Source of the DNA: Leucoraja ocellata
Lineage: Eukaryota
Length of the DNA stretch: 64,000 nt
Direction of reading: 5' to 3'
NCBI GenBank assembly: GCA_036785375.1
Contig: JAWMAR010000063.1
Span: forward strand, 7,068,001 to 7,132,000
Below the pieces are notes generated by a model. It had not been told where the DNA came from, ran no database searches, and was given only the letters and a program-made list of their open reading frames with translations. Below, one piece after another: positions 25,025 through 36,528 of this stretch (the first letter of the stretch is position 1; each line of letters begins with the position of its first letter). The position numbers and the translations under genes are program-made.

Positions 25025-25450
25025 TGTGTAGGAAGGAACTGCAGATGCTGGTTTGCATCATGTCATACAGCGTGGAAACAGGCATTTCTGCCCAACTTGC
25101 CCACGCCGAACAACATGCCTGCTTTTGGCCCTCTAAACCTACCTATCCATGTACCTGTCTAAATGTCTCATTGAGATAGTGCCTGCCTCAACTACCTCCT
25201 CTGGCACTTTGTTCCATACACCCACCACCCTTTGTGTAAACACGTTATTCCTCAGGTTTTCCTCACCTTAACCCTATGTCTACTGATTCTCGATTCACTT
25301 ACACTGGGCAAAAGACTACCTTTACCCGATCTATTCCTCTTATGATTTGGGACACCTCTGTAAGATCACCCCTCATCATCCTACTCTCCAGGGAATAAAG
25401 CCCTAGCCCTCTCAATCTCCCCCAAGAGCTCAGTCCCACAAGTCCTGTGT
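25025..25450 (-). mobile_element. PLE repeat stub (25025-25058) followed by CR1 3' fragment
   Basis: gtgtgtaggaaggaactgcagatgctggttt, then gtcatacagcgtggaaacagg...gcctgcctcaactacctcctctggc...aagatcacccctc. Confidence 0.8.
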
Positions 25451-25734
25451 GGATTTATTTACATTTGATCTGTTCAATTAATTTAATCAATCTCCGTAAA
25501 GCACTTTGGTTCAAATACTGGTTTTGTTGAAAAGTGCTATATAAATAAAGATTACTATTATTATTATTATTACTGTTGAAACTTCTGTAGATACTGTCCA
25601 CAGGAAAATTAGATGAACAAGCAGAAAAATGAAATGAACAACAAAACAAAATATTAACATCTCAATTCTGGGCCTCTGCTAATCATCAGACAAAAGCAGC
25701 ACAGGACATGAGAACAACCAGTCAATGAAGAAAT

Positions 25735-26050
25735 AAGGCAGCACAGTGGTGCAGCAGGTAGAGCTGCTGCCTCACAGCACCAGAGATTTGGGTTCGACGC
25801 TATATGTGTGGAGTTTGCACGCTCTCCCTGTGACCACAGGGGTTTCCTCTGGTTGCTCCAGACATCTCCCACATCCCAAAGAACATGTGGGTTTGTAGGT
25901 TAATTGGCCTCTGTAAAAGAAATTGATGTGTAGGGAGAAGATGGAAAAGTGGGATAACTGGTGTGACAGGGTGATTGATGGTCAGAGTTGATTGGGCAGG
26001 CCACAGGGCCTGTTTCCAGGCTCTATCTGTAAATTCTAAACTAAACTAAT
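25735..26050 (+). mobile_element. HE1-type SINE
   Basis: ggcagcacagtggtgcagcaggtagagctgctgcc...ggagtttgcacgctctccctgtgacc...aaactaaactaa. Confidence 0.9.
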
Positions 26051-26152
26051 GGGAATTGATGAGGTCACTTGGGTCCATTGATGAGTTCACGGGGAGTCAC
26101 AAGGGGCCCATTGATGAGGTCGGGGAGGCATTGATGTGGTGACAGTTATGTC

Positions 26153-26188
26153 CAAAGATTATAGAGGAGCGCTCCTCTATAATCTTTG
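26153..26188. mobile_element. TIR-only DNA-transposon relic (36-bp perfect palindrome) with 8-bp TSD, hAT/P-type
   Basis: GTTATGTC-CAAAGATTATAGAGGAGC|GCTCCTCTATAATCTTTG-GTTATGTC; TSDs at 26145-26152 and 26189-26196. Confidence 0.85.
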
Positions 26189-26242
26189 GTTATGTCCCTG
26201 CTCCAGCCCACAGTCAACTGGATGAACCATCAGTGAAGTACG

Positions 26243-27469
26243 ATGTGCAAAGAAACGATAGAGCTTTTCATTCTGGCCATGCTGCTTCTAATGAGCGGCT
26301 TGTCCAACCTCATGAACTAGGAGGACGACTGGGCTAACTGCTCGGGCACAGCCCCCTGCTCCCTGGCCTTCCTGTCAAACAACCCACTCAGCCTGCGTTG
26401 CCCGGGTGCCACTGAAGTACTGGAAGGCTCCGTCTACCAGCAGTATCAGGACCTCCGCCAGCCTCAACCAAACCCCGCACCTTCATCGGACCCGAGCACT
26501 TGAGGGTGTACCAAGGGCCGATGGGTGAACTGGGAAGTCGAGTCAATCTACGGAGAGGCTCCTTGATTATGAACATGGCGTGGACCTCAGACACGGGCCT
26601 GTACCTGTGCAAGTCAGCTGATTCCATCCTAGCCGTCTACCAGGTGCATGTGCAGGACTCGTCTCTGCTTTCTGTGTCCCACCAAGGGCTGGGTGGGAGC
26701 ATTTTGTCAAACCGGTGCCTGAGGGTGAACTTGGGCTCTTCCCGGTACATGGTCCGGCTCTACACCCGCTGGGGACCATGGCAGGACTGTGACCGCTGCA
26801 ATGTGATGGGGGAGCAGAAGATGTTGGGCTTCTGCTATGCCAAGCTAAGCCAGGAGATCGACGAGGACCAGGAAGAGGAACTGGAGGTATATGGCGCCAC
26901 CCTGCACTGCGGCCTAATGGAGCTACACATTGGGCAGTCCTTGCCCCGACGCGGCGCCGAGCTCCACTACCAGATGTGCCGCGAGCCGTGCGAGAAGGAG
27001 GAAACACCAACGGTGATCGTAGCCAGTCTGTTGCTGGAGATTGGCGATTGGTGGTGGTGGTGGTGGGGTCGGGAGACTGCGTTCGACTGGATGGAGCCTC
27101 GCACAACGCTACTGCAGATGGTATACCACGACATCCTCGACAACGCCTGGATGACATGCCCGGGGGCGTCGGTGTACACGCCCGTTCTCTGGCAGCACGA
27201 CTCCACCTTCATCACCCGAGGTGGCAACAGTGGTCGACGCCACGGGTGGCGGCATCTACGGAATCAAAAGCGTGATGCCCTTCGACCGCGGCATCTACCG
27301 CTGCTGGGTGCATGGGCGTAGGGTCGCCTCCTTCCACCTCGAGATGCCCGAGCAGCCAGTGGTACACCGCCGTGTCAACAGGCGACTGCTCAAAGGCCTG
27401 ACAATCATCGTCAGCACGATTGCCATGGTCTTCGTGATCAGCGCCGTGGTTGAAATACTGCACGCCTAG
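26243..27469 (+). pseudogene. FAM187B: Intronless FAM187-family (FAM187B-like) Ig V-type membrane protein gene, disrupted
   Basis: Signal peptide MCKETIELFILAMLLLMSGLS; CSLAFLSNNPLSLRC; GSLIMN..TSDTGLYLC; YQVHVQD..LSVSHQGLG; YTRWGPWQDCDRC; WMTCPGASVYTPVLW; VDATGGG; IYRCWV; TM LLKGLTIIVSTIAMVFVISAVVEILHA. Motif order follows recalled FAM187B/A. TAG at 26318-26320; frameshifts near 26475 and 27220. Paralog assignment (A versus B) is less certain. Confidence 0.85.
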
Positions 27470-27519
27470 TTGTTCGAGATCTTCCAGTTCAACTTCCTCC
27501 TCCAGAACATAAAGGCCAC

Positions 27520-27665
27520 AAGACATAGGGGCAGAATTAGGCCCATCTCCGCCATTCTATCATGGCTGATTCATTTCTCCCTCTCAACCGAATCCTTCTG
27601 CCCTCCCCCCGTCATCTTTTTTATCATTAATAATTACTTATCCATCTTCCAAGGACTTGGCCTCT
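27520..27665 (-). mobile_element. CR1 3' end fragment
   Basis: acaagacataggggcagaattaggccc...atcatggctgattc...tctcaacc. Confidence 0.7.
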
Positions 27666-27774
27666 CGTGCCCCAGGCCATGGATGACGCAGCTGGGCTGC
27701 AGCAGCAGGGGCAAATGTGCAACTGGGCTGCGTTGGCTCCAGTGGAGCTGCAGTGTGAAGCGCCGAATAACATT

Positions 27775-27919
27775 TGGTTTATACCAAAGATAGACACAAA
27801 ACGGTGGAGTAACTCAGCAGGCCATTCAGCATCTCTGGAGAAAAGAAATAGGTAGAAATAAGAAACAGTGGATTGCACCCTTTCCTTTTCTCCAGTGATG
27901 CTGCACGACCTGCTGAGTA
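27775..27919. mobile_element. Fold-back pair of PLE-derived repeats
   Basis: aactcagcaggcc..cagcatctctggagaaaaga / ccttttctccagtgatgctgcacgacctgctgagt. Confidence 0.75.
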
Positions 27920-28145
27920 AAGTGGCTGTCCCACTTGGACAACCTAATTGGCGAGTTTAGAAGAGTTTAGGAGAGTTTGAAAAAATGTCATGTTGAAGAC
28001 CTCCTTCGACTATGTAGAAGACTTCCTTCAACCTCCTTCGACTATGTTGAAGACTAGCTTCGACTAGCTACGACTAACTTTGGGAAAATTGGACACCAAA
28101 TAGTGGAGAGTGAAGACGACCTCCTTCGATCTCCTTTGACCTTAT
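27920..28145. mobile_element. One-ended PIF/Harbinger-like MITE fragment with internal tandem repeats
   Basis: GGCTGTCCCACTTGGACAACCTAATTGGCGAGTTTAGAAGAGTTT (related to the 15776 MITE); repeats of ctccttcgactatgt. Confidence 0.7.
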
Positions 28146-28254
28146 TGCGTGGAATAGTTTTTATTGCGTGGAATAGATTTGTCACATGAAATGTACAGTG
28201 ATCTTACACCACATCCAGTGATCTCTCATCATAGTTTGAATGAGTTGTAGAGAC

Positions 28255-28847
28255 ATGGAGAGATGCAGCACAGAAACAGGCCGTTCGTCTCGTCTAATCT
28301 CTGTTAACCATCAACTGCACCCCACCCGATTCTTCTACTCATCTCCACACTAGGGACAATTTACATTGGCTCATTAAGGTACCAAAAGGATGTAGGATGA
28401 AACTGGAGCACCGGGACAAAACTCATGTGTTCATAGTGAGTATTTGCAAGCTCCTCATAGGCAATACTCAATGTCAGGGTTCAGCCTGGGTCATTGGTAA
28501 TGCAAGCTCTACCAGCTGCTGTTTGATTTCAATCCTGATGCATTTAGTTTGGAGATACAGACCGGGAACAGACCCTTCAGCCCACCGAGTCCGCACTGAC
28601 CAGCGATGCCCATGCACTAGCACCATCCTACACATGAGGGGCAATTTACAATTTTACAGAAGCCAATTAACCTACAAACCTGGACTTCTTTGGAGTGTGG
28701 GAAGAAACCAGAGCACCCCAAGAAAACCCACGTGGTCACAGGGAGAACGTGCAAACTCCGTACAGATAGTACCTTTAGTCAGGATCAAACCCAGGTCACT
28801 GGTGCTGTAAGGCAGCAATTCTACCGCTGTGCCACTGTGCCACCCCA
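28255..28847 (-). mobile_element. Two tandem HE1-type SINEs (old 28255-28520; younger 28543-28847)
   Basis: tttagtttggagatacag...ggagtgtgggaagaaaccagagcaccc...gccactgtgccacccc. Confidence 0.85.
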
Positions 28848-31539
28848 ATGTTCTTCCACTTACTCCAACTGTTCTCCTTTTCTTCTTCCCCTGTTATCAT
28901 GCACATGACAATCTCTGTGCCCACACTATGGCATTCTTCCAGTGCGGGCATGAACGGAACTTATAATCGACCAGTTTAGTTTAATAAGTGGGGCAAGACA
29001 CACAACGATGTTGCTTTTGTGAATGGTGCTAGAAATTATGACCAAATTAACGCCGATTAGAATGGTGCTAGATGGTCCAACTTCTGGGCTACATTTTGCG
29101 CGATGGTAGGTTATTTAAACTAACCCTTCCTGCATGACAAAGAATGGAGAGAAGCTGCAGGTTATATGACGCCTGAGAAATCTTACAGCTCGTGTACTGG
29201 GATGCCTTGCAATCCAAAGTATTGCTTTATAAAAGGAAGATGTTATATAAATTGGATGTTTATGGGAAACCCACCAGGAATATTGAGGCCTTTGTTGAAA
29301 TGCATTGATAGAAATAACGCCAACATTAAAATAATGGAATGCAAAGTACTCAGAATTGTGAAAATCAGAAATAGAAGCATTGTTAATATAATGTTAGTTG
29401 TCAGCCCTGGTGCATATTTAAGACATAACTCCTGCTCAGCTCTCTGGTGTTGATTGGAGATGGAAGTAGGCATTGGAAGAGATCTGTCAATACTGCAAAT
29501 CTAATCAATGATTCAGAAATAATTACTCTCTTTTTTTACTGTATTCCTACAAGGAGAAGTTCACAGACTTGGAAAGTGTCACTCAATGGGAAGAATATTT
29601 GATGACGATTCAGGCTCGTGGGAATGCCTTCTCTTCTGAGGAGCATGGAATAATATCTGGATTCGAGTGTTGGGAATGTCAGGGCTCATTTTCTTCAGTC
29701 TGGTGCAGATTCAAACCCAGGTCCCAGAGGTGAAAGGACAATGAAGCGGCTTCTGACCTTACCCCTGCTGTGTGATGCAGTGCAGAAGCACTCCTTGAGG
29801 ACACGGAGGGTTACAGACTGCTTTCCAGCTGCGGATCAAACTTTATTTGAACCTTGTGTTGGACATCTGCTGTTTTTTTATGAATTCTGACAGGAAATAA
29901 GCCTGTATTTTACTTAAAAATAAAAAAAAGGACAACAGCAATGAAATCCAGAACCATACATATTGTTCAATCATTCATTATAAAAAAGAACATCTGCAGC
30001 CCGTTGCCAAGGTAACCCTGAGATGTCAGCTCTGCCCAAGGCTGTATTCTTTACCAGTGCCATCTTCCGACACTGTTGGCATAAAGCATATTCCGATGTG
30101 AACACCTCTGCCGTTACCACATATTAAAGTTCTTTATCCTGTTTTGTAATTCTTCCATATCTTTACATCGGTAATCATTTCCATACTGCACAAGAGATTG
30201 TTAACACCTTGGGAAAACAGCTCAGTTCCCATTTCCTTCAATGCATGCAAATATGAGATGAGCAAAGATTGCAGTCAAGTGAGAACATCCTGTTACTGGC
30301 TGACTGTTTGTGTGAATAGTGCTTGTAGATTTTCAATTATCTCTCAAAGTAAACTTGACTACAATATTTTAAGTGACAACCAGTTTTGTCTTCACTTACA
30401 ACAGTACTCATCACAACACATCTTTCAATGTGGCAACACATTTCTCCAAATATCAAGTCAAAATTCAAATCAGTTTAAAATAACTATTGTGTCAGAGTAA
30501 TGGTATATCTATTGTTACTATTTAATTGTTACATTAAGTAAATCAAGAGATATGTAATAGTATTAAAAAAATAGCATTGGTGTAGAATAACCAACATGAT
30601 TTTAATGAACAGCTAGATAGCTTAATTCTGTTTATATTTTTTATATTTGTATGTTAGTGTTTTTAATTGCAACCTGCAATCCAGGATCTATCTTAATTTC
30701 AATTGTATAGTAAGGTATGAATGGAATTTTATTTGCAAGGCTTACTATCCAATTATAACCAGTCCCTCAATAATAATTGAAGTTTACAGAATAACTACAC
30801 CCTCGGTGTAAAAGCTAAGATGTACAACTAACAATCAAAATAAAACATTTATTCACTCCCAGCTCTCCTGTGAAATGGACAAGAACCCAATTATTGGCAT
30901 GCCTAAATCTGTAACAGATTGTCATTCCCTCATGTTGTTTTTTTACAGTGGAACAATGCATAGTTTGCAGAATCACATTCCAAGTGGCTTGATATTGATT
31001 TGCTTCCAATTTCCTGTCACGGTGTCCAGAGAAGAATATGGTCTGTGCTTTATGCAGCCAATTTCCCATGATCTCACCGAGCCAGATCTTAAACAACTCT
31101 GATTGCTCCGGAAACAATGGACCGACAATATATGAGAGTCTGGGTAGCCCCTCCTGCTAACAAAGCTCTACCACTTGTCGATGAAAATGCACAGAAATAT
31201 ATGTTTAAAAAGAATGTCAGTAGTCATTCATCGTTTTTCAAAGTCACTCACAGAAATAACCTTTGTGAAATAATGTGAAGTTTATTCCACATAATTTCCC
31301 AACCTGCCTGCCCAGTCAAAACAGGGATTCATCCACTATTGAAACTAAATTTTTTTGAAGATAATCGATTTCGATTTCTTTCCGCAAGGTATCTCATTTT
31401 TAATGTCTCTGCTGAATAACAGGTGGAGGTGTCAAAACTAAATTCTAGGGAAGGATTCCGCACGCCACCACTATCCTTGAGAACAATGATCAAATAGTTG
31501 GTACATCAGTGACTGCTTCCTTTAAATTATGTGCTAAGG

Positions 31540-31650
31540 GAATGCAGGGGTGGCAGGTAGATGAAATTTGTTTAGCTTGGCATCATGTCTGGCATGCACA
31601 TTGTGGGCCAAAGGGCCTGTTCCTGTGCTGCACTGTTCTATGTTCTATGA
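31540..31650 (+). mobile_element. CR1 3' end
   Basis: ggcacattgtgggccaaagggcctgttcctgtgctg-like sequence ending in ttctatgttctatg. Confidence 0.75.
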
Positions 31651-32340
31651 GAGTACGTAGGTATGAGTGAAGATTGATCTTTAGTTTCTAATTAATGTTC
31701 AATGTGCTATCCCTGTGAAATCCTTGTGAAATATCCCCAAACCTTATTTGCTTCTAAGATTCTGTCAACAATTACCAATAGTCTTCTAACATGTAAAAAA
31801 TAATAAATGCCTGATCAAAAAAAAAAGTCTTCCTGATTTATCTGACTTTGTAGTTTTTCTTTGCTTATGCCAAACATGCTGTGGCAGCTAGTCATAGGTC
31901 TCACTTCACCCAATGGAAAGCAGCAGCTCCAAATTCCCCAACAAACTCACTCGCCTCTGAAATTTCTATTTAAGCTGATTGTTAGATTTTCAGACAGCCA
32001 TGGTTTGGATAAGACTTTAATCAAAGATGCCAGTTGCATTATCTGTCACTAAGGCATTATTTCTCATGTATCCATCTGCTATTGAACATCAAAAAAAAAT
32101 CCATCTCATTTCATTGCTTTTATGGAATATTAATGGATGACCATAATGTTTAGATGGTATTAATTTGCCTGCTTGACCCACTGCAGTGCAATGGTGAAGG
32201 CATCTTCTGTTATGAAAGATATTCCAGAGTTCTCACAATTATAGGTGAATAAATTAACTCTATTTAGATGTAATTAACTGAATGCAAAACACTTTAATAC
32301 ACTGCAACCTGATTTATTTCAAATTGCACTAGGACTGGTT

Positions 32341-32414
32341 ATGTTATTGTTTAAGGTCTATACATTTCCAAACTAATGTTATTGTTTAAGGTCTATACAT
32401 ATTCTCCAAACTAA
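32341..32414 (+). repeat. Local ~35-bp tandem duplication
   Basis: atgttattgtttaaggtctatacat(...)tccaaacta twice. Confidence 0.85.
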
Positions 32415-32654
32415 GTTAAACTAAATATTGCATGTGGCTAGCAGATATACAGCAGAATCTCCTAAAAATTGAGATGAAAGTCCTACTAGTTAAATAATGC
32501 ATGACAATTACTGACAAAAGAATATTGGTCATTTACAAAAGTTAATTTTTTAATTTTTTTATTATGTCATATGTCTGTCCAAACACAACCAGGGATGGGT
32601 AATACTCAGGTAGCAGATTATGCTCCAGGCAATAAATGTAATAATGCAAAGTAA

Positions 32655-32810
32655 GTACAAGGAACTGCAGATGCTGGTTCACAAAAAAAGACACAAAATG
32701 CTGGAGTAACTCAGTGGGGGAGCATGGATAGGCTACATCTCCATCCAACACGTTGCCTATACAATTTGCCAGAGATGCTGCCTGTTCCACTGAGTCCAGT
32801 TGAGTTACTC
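32655..32810. mobile_element. Fold-back pair of PLE-derived repeats
   Basis: aaggaactgcagatgctgg...gagtaactcagtgg / gagatgctgcctgttccactgagt...gagttactc. Confidence 0.75.
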
Positions 32811-33219
32811 GAACCCTTTGTGGCTTAGACATTCAAAGTGTTTGCCATTGATGGTGCACCCTCATCATGGTCTATTGCAAGTTCAGCATGTAATTGTGGG
32901 CTGACCGAACGGTAAATTGGGAGAGACACTTCAACCACATGTGGAAGGAAGTAGTTAAAACAGATTATTTTCTGTGGTTGCTGCTAGCATTTTCATAAGT
33001 AATATCTTCCAGTTGGGGCTGCAGCTCTGATATTATGTTTTATGACATGCTTTATGCAGTAAGTTTGTCTTATGTGTACAATAATACATTTGCTCTTTCT
33101 TTTCCTCTGTAATTTCCCCTCATCTTCTACTTTGTTTTATCTCTTAATATTTTCTAGTTCCGATGAAAGGACAGTGGCCTGAAACATTAACACGGAATCT
33201 TGGTATTTTTTAACTTTTA

Positions 33220-33420
33220 TTTTTAGAGATACATCATGGAAACAGGCCCTTCGGTTCACCGAGTCGACACCGATCATCGATCACTCATTCTCACTATTTC
33301 CATGTTATCCCATGTTTAGGGTAGAACTAATGTATGGGCGATCGTTGATCGGCGTGGACAGGTTGAAGGGCCTGTTTGAACACTATATGAACACTATATC
33401 TCTAAATCTAAATCTAAATC
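33220..33420. mobile_element. Two HE1 SINE 3' halves fused in inverted orientation
   Basis: tttagagatac..ggaaacaggcccttc.. (minus) joined to ..gaagggcctgtttg..tctctaaatctaaatct (plus). Confidence 0.75.
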
Positions 33421-34004
33421 TTGCTGGTGCCCTAAGAATATTTTAAAATTCTTACATTACAGAGAGATGGCAGGCAAAATTATAAATGTCCGGAGACAGT
33501 CGGGTTCAGCTGCCTTCTCATTGAAAATCTAATAATTACGATTGCAAACGCACCGTGCAATAAATTCGACCAGATGTGAAAGGAAGTAGTTAAAACGTTT
33601 TTTTTTTCCCGTCTTTGCTGCTAACAAATTCATTAGTAATAGGTTTCTTTTTCAAAAGCTGCTTCTAGCTGCTGGTATTTTACTCACTTATCCTGATGCA
33701 TATTCAGGGCAACATTAGCAAATATTATTTACATTTCCTGTACTTTAATTAGCTGCACCTAACAATGTGTTTATCAGTTATTTTCCTGTGTGTCTGTGGT
33801 TCTTTCACCTCTTCAGACAAATTGGGCTGGTGAGAGAAGTGCAGTTCCTCAAACATGCAATTATATTACACTCATGCAGATGTGCAATTGGGAAGGTTTC
33901 GAGATTCTCTGCTTAAACTTACTTCTTTCAGGCCCGTTCCTGCCAAAGCTTCGTCATGTCTTAGCACCAGGTTTAAATCCAAGAAAATACCATGAAAGGG
34001 CATT

Positions 34005-34410
34005 GTTCTTGGCCAGGCTGTGTCCATCTCTGGCCATGATACAACCAGTCAAGATACTTTCTACAGTGCATCTATAAGAGTGTGTTAGAATATTCAGTGC
34101 CATGCCAAATATCTTTAAACTTTGAAGCGAGTAGAGGCAATAGCATGCCATCTTCATGATTACATTTCAGATGCTGAGCCCAGGACAGGTCATCCGAGAT
34201 GTTAATGCCCAGGATTTTGAAGCTGCTAACTCTCTCCATCGCCAACCCGCCAATGTTACTGGTGTGTGGTCTCCCGATTTCCCTTTTCTGATGTCAAAAG
34301 TGAGTTCCTTGGTTTGTTGAGGTTGAGTGAGAGGTTGTTGGTGTGGCACCAGTCAACCAGGTGTTCTATCTCACTCTTGTACACTGGCTCATCAACACCC
34401 GTGATTCACA
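34005..34410 (-). mobile_element. Rex1/Babar LINE RT C-terminal fragment
   Basis: TKELTFDIRKGKSGDHTPV and YRCTVESILTGCIM motifs (Rex1-like KTKELIVDFRK / YRCTIESILTGCI). Confidence 0.8.
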
Positions 34411-35249
34411 CTGGTCCACACATTTCTTGTGGCATTTGGCATCTTCATTCACAACCTCGTCCCCTGATTCAAAGCAGTCCCATAACCACTCTTCTGCCTT
34501 CCCTGACCGGAAGGAGTTCCAACACGGCATTTCATCACTTATTAGGGTCGATCATCATTTGCTTGATGAAGGGAAGATGTTGCAACGGTTCGTACATGGT
34601 GAAGGTATTGTGATCTCATGTACTCTGCCTGCTGGTCTCAATTATAGAAAGAGACAACATCATTGTTTATTCTGGCTATAATCCCACTTCAAATGAAGAG
34701 TACATGCCATTGCCTTTGTCTAAGGATAACGGCCATAACAATCCCTTATATTATAGAAAGTAATTTGGGGCAGAGTTGAACTAAATACATTCATTATTAA
34801 TGTAAATGCCTTTCAAGCCTTCGGGCAATAACCCAAAATTAAACTTTGCAGTTTTAAGTTATCAACTTTGTTAACATTAACTATCATTTGCACGGTGAAG
34901 ACTGAATATAATATAATCGTGCATTTAGTCTTCCCTCCCAACTCCCCGAATTCTCTCCATTTTCAAATCTATGATATTATTTTACATTTTCCCAGTTTTG
35001 GTAAAAAAGTAAATGAACTGATACATAAATGTGTTTTGCACTTCATAGATGTTGCCTGTTTGTTTGAGTATTTCCTGCACTTTATTATGCATTTATTTAG
35101 TTTGCTGGTTCCTGCAATATTTTATTTTGGGTTGGGATATGTTACTGGGCAGCTATCCACCAAATAAACTACTGCCTGTCACCAAGTCACTGTCACACTT
35201 CATATATAAATTTCATTCAGATAAGTTGACCACATGGTTCAGGAGTCAG

Positions 35250-35550
35250 GCGTCTAGAGTGTGCTATGCCATATGTGTTGAAATAGAACAATGACTTTCT
35301 TACTTGCTGCAGCACAATAGCTTTGTATACATAGTACACAATGGATAATATAATAAACAAGCATGTTTTTGTTAAAATACAATAAATAAAATAAATATAG
35401 TGCAAAAAATAAAATAAAGCCCCAAATCCCGGGTGCAAGCAAGGCAGTTTGTAGATGGGAATTTAGTTGAAATTCATAGTGTACAAAAGCCTGATGGTTG
35501 TTGGGAAGAAACTGTTCCTGAACATGGATGTTACAGTTTTCAGATTCCTA
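35250..35550 (-). mobile_element. Rex1-type LINE 3' end
   Basis: gaacaatgactttcttacttgctgcagcac...cctgatggttgttgggaagaaactgttcctgaac. Confidence 0.65.
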
Positions 35551-36364
35551 TTGCATTATTAAATTGTGAAATCAAACTAGTTAACTTTGTTTATAGTAAT
35601 AATGGATTTTTAATATGTTATCAAACGTTCAGATTGAAATTCAGTGTATAGGTGTTTTTAAATGGATTATGCTGTTAAAATTTAAAGTCAAAATAATTAT
35701 TCATGTATTCTTTAACCTGCCAAAAATAAAGAGGAGACAGGAGGCTTCTATGGTGAATTAATATCAGTACAGGTGAGTTGTATTAAATGGCTTGTTTGAG
35801 TGCTGTACTTTCTATGTAAACCAATGCAGTGTGTATTTCTCCTTAAATCTCTTGGTGGTGATAGACTCTCAATACTCTTAAATGGTGAATATCTTCATCC
35901 TACTTTATATAGGACTAACTCAGACCTTAATGACAAGGTCCTGTACAGTGACAGGGCCTTCCATCATGTAATGGTATCACACAGTGAAGGACAGATGCAC
36001 TTGCAAAAGGCTTGCACTCTTTTTCGACAGTCAGCTAAGCCACACCACTGACGATCAAAACTATCAAAAACTCTGAAAGTTTCTATAAGGCAGAAACATG
36101 CAATACTTCCTATTGCTATTCAAGCTGCTGAAATAGTAAAAATCCATCAATCTTTTAAAAATATATTAAAATAATTGAAACAATTGAAATGATTAAATAG
36201 ACCAAAGCAATATAAAAACATTAAAATATTTACACCCAATGGTCGCTCACAGCTACTTTTCTCATCCAATGAGCTACTAGCTGAGTTACAACCAAGTAAT
36301 TACAAAGCCTTAGCTAACCTTGAATAATAGATGTGTGCCAGGGACCCAGCATGCAAGATAGAAC

Positions 36365-36528
36365 TTATGACATGTTTTAAGAAACATTTAGTCAGATACA
36401 TGGATAGGACAGGTTTAGAGGGATATGGGCCAAATTCAGCCAGGTGGGACGAATGGAGATGGGATATGTTGGTCAGTGTGGGAAAGTTGGACCAAAGGGC
36501 CTGTTTGAACTCTGTATGACTCTATGAC
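36365..36528 (+). mobile_element. CR1 3' end
   Basis: tttaagaaacatttag...ggtttagagggatatgggccaaa...tgtatgactctatgac. Confidence 0.85.

Noticed and set aside
26567-27157. 196-aa minus-strand ORF and other ORFs overlapping FAM187
   Set aside because: Shadow frames of a GC-rich coding sequence.
27990-28145. Short regularly repeated units (ctccttcgactatgt), superficially CRISPR-like
   Set aside because: Vertebrate DNA, no unique spacers, and the units sit inside a MITE as subterminal repeats.
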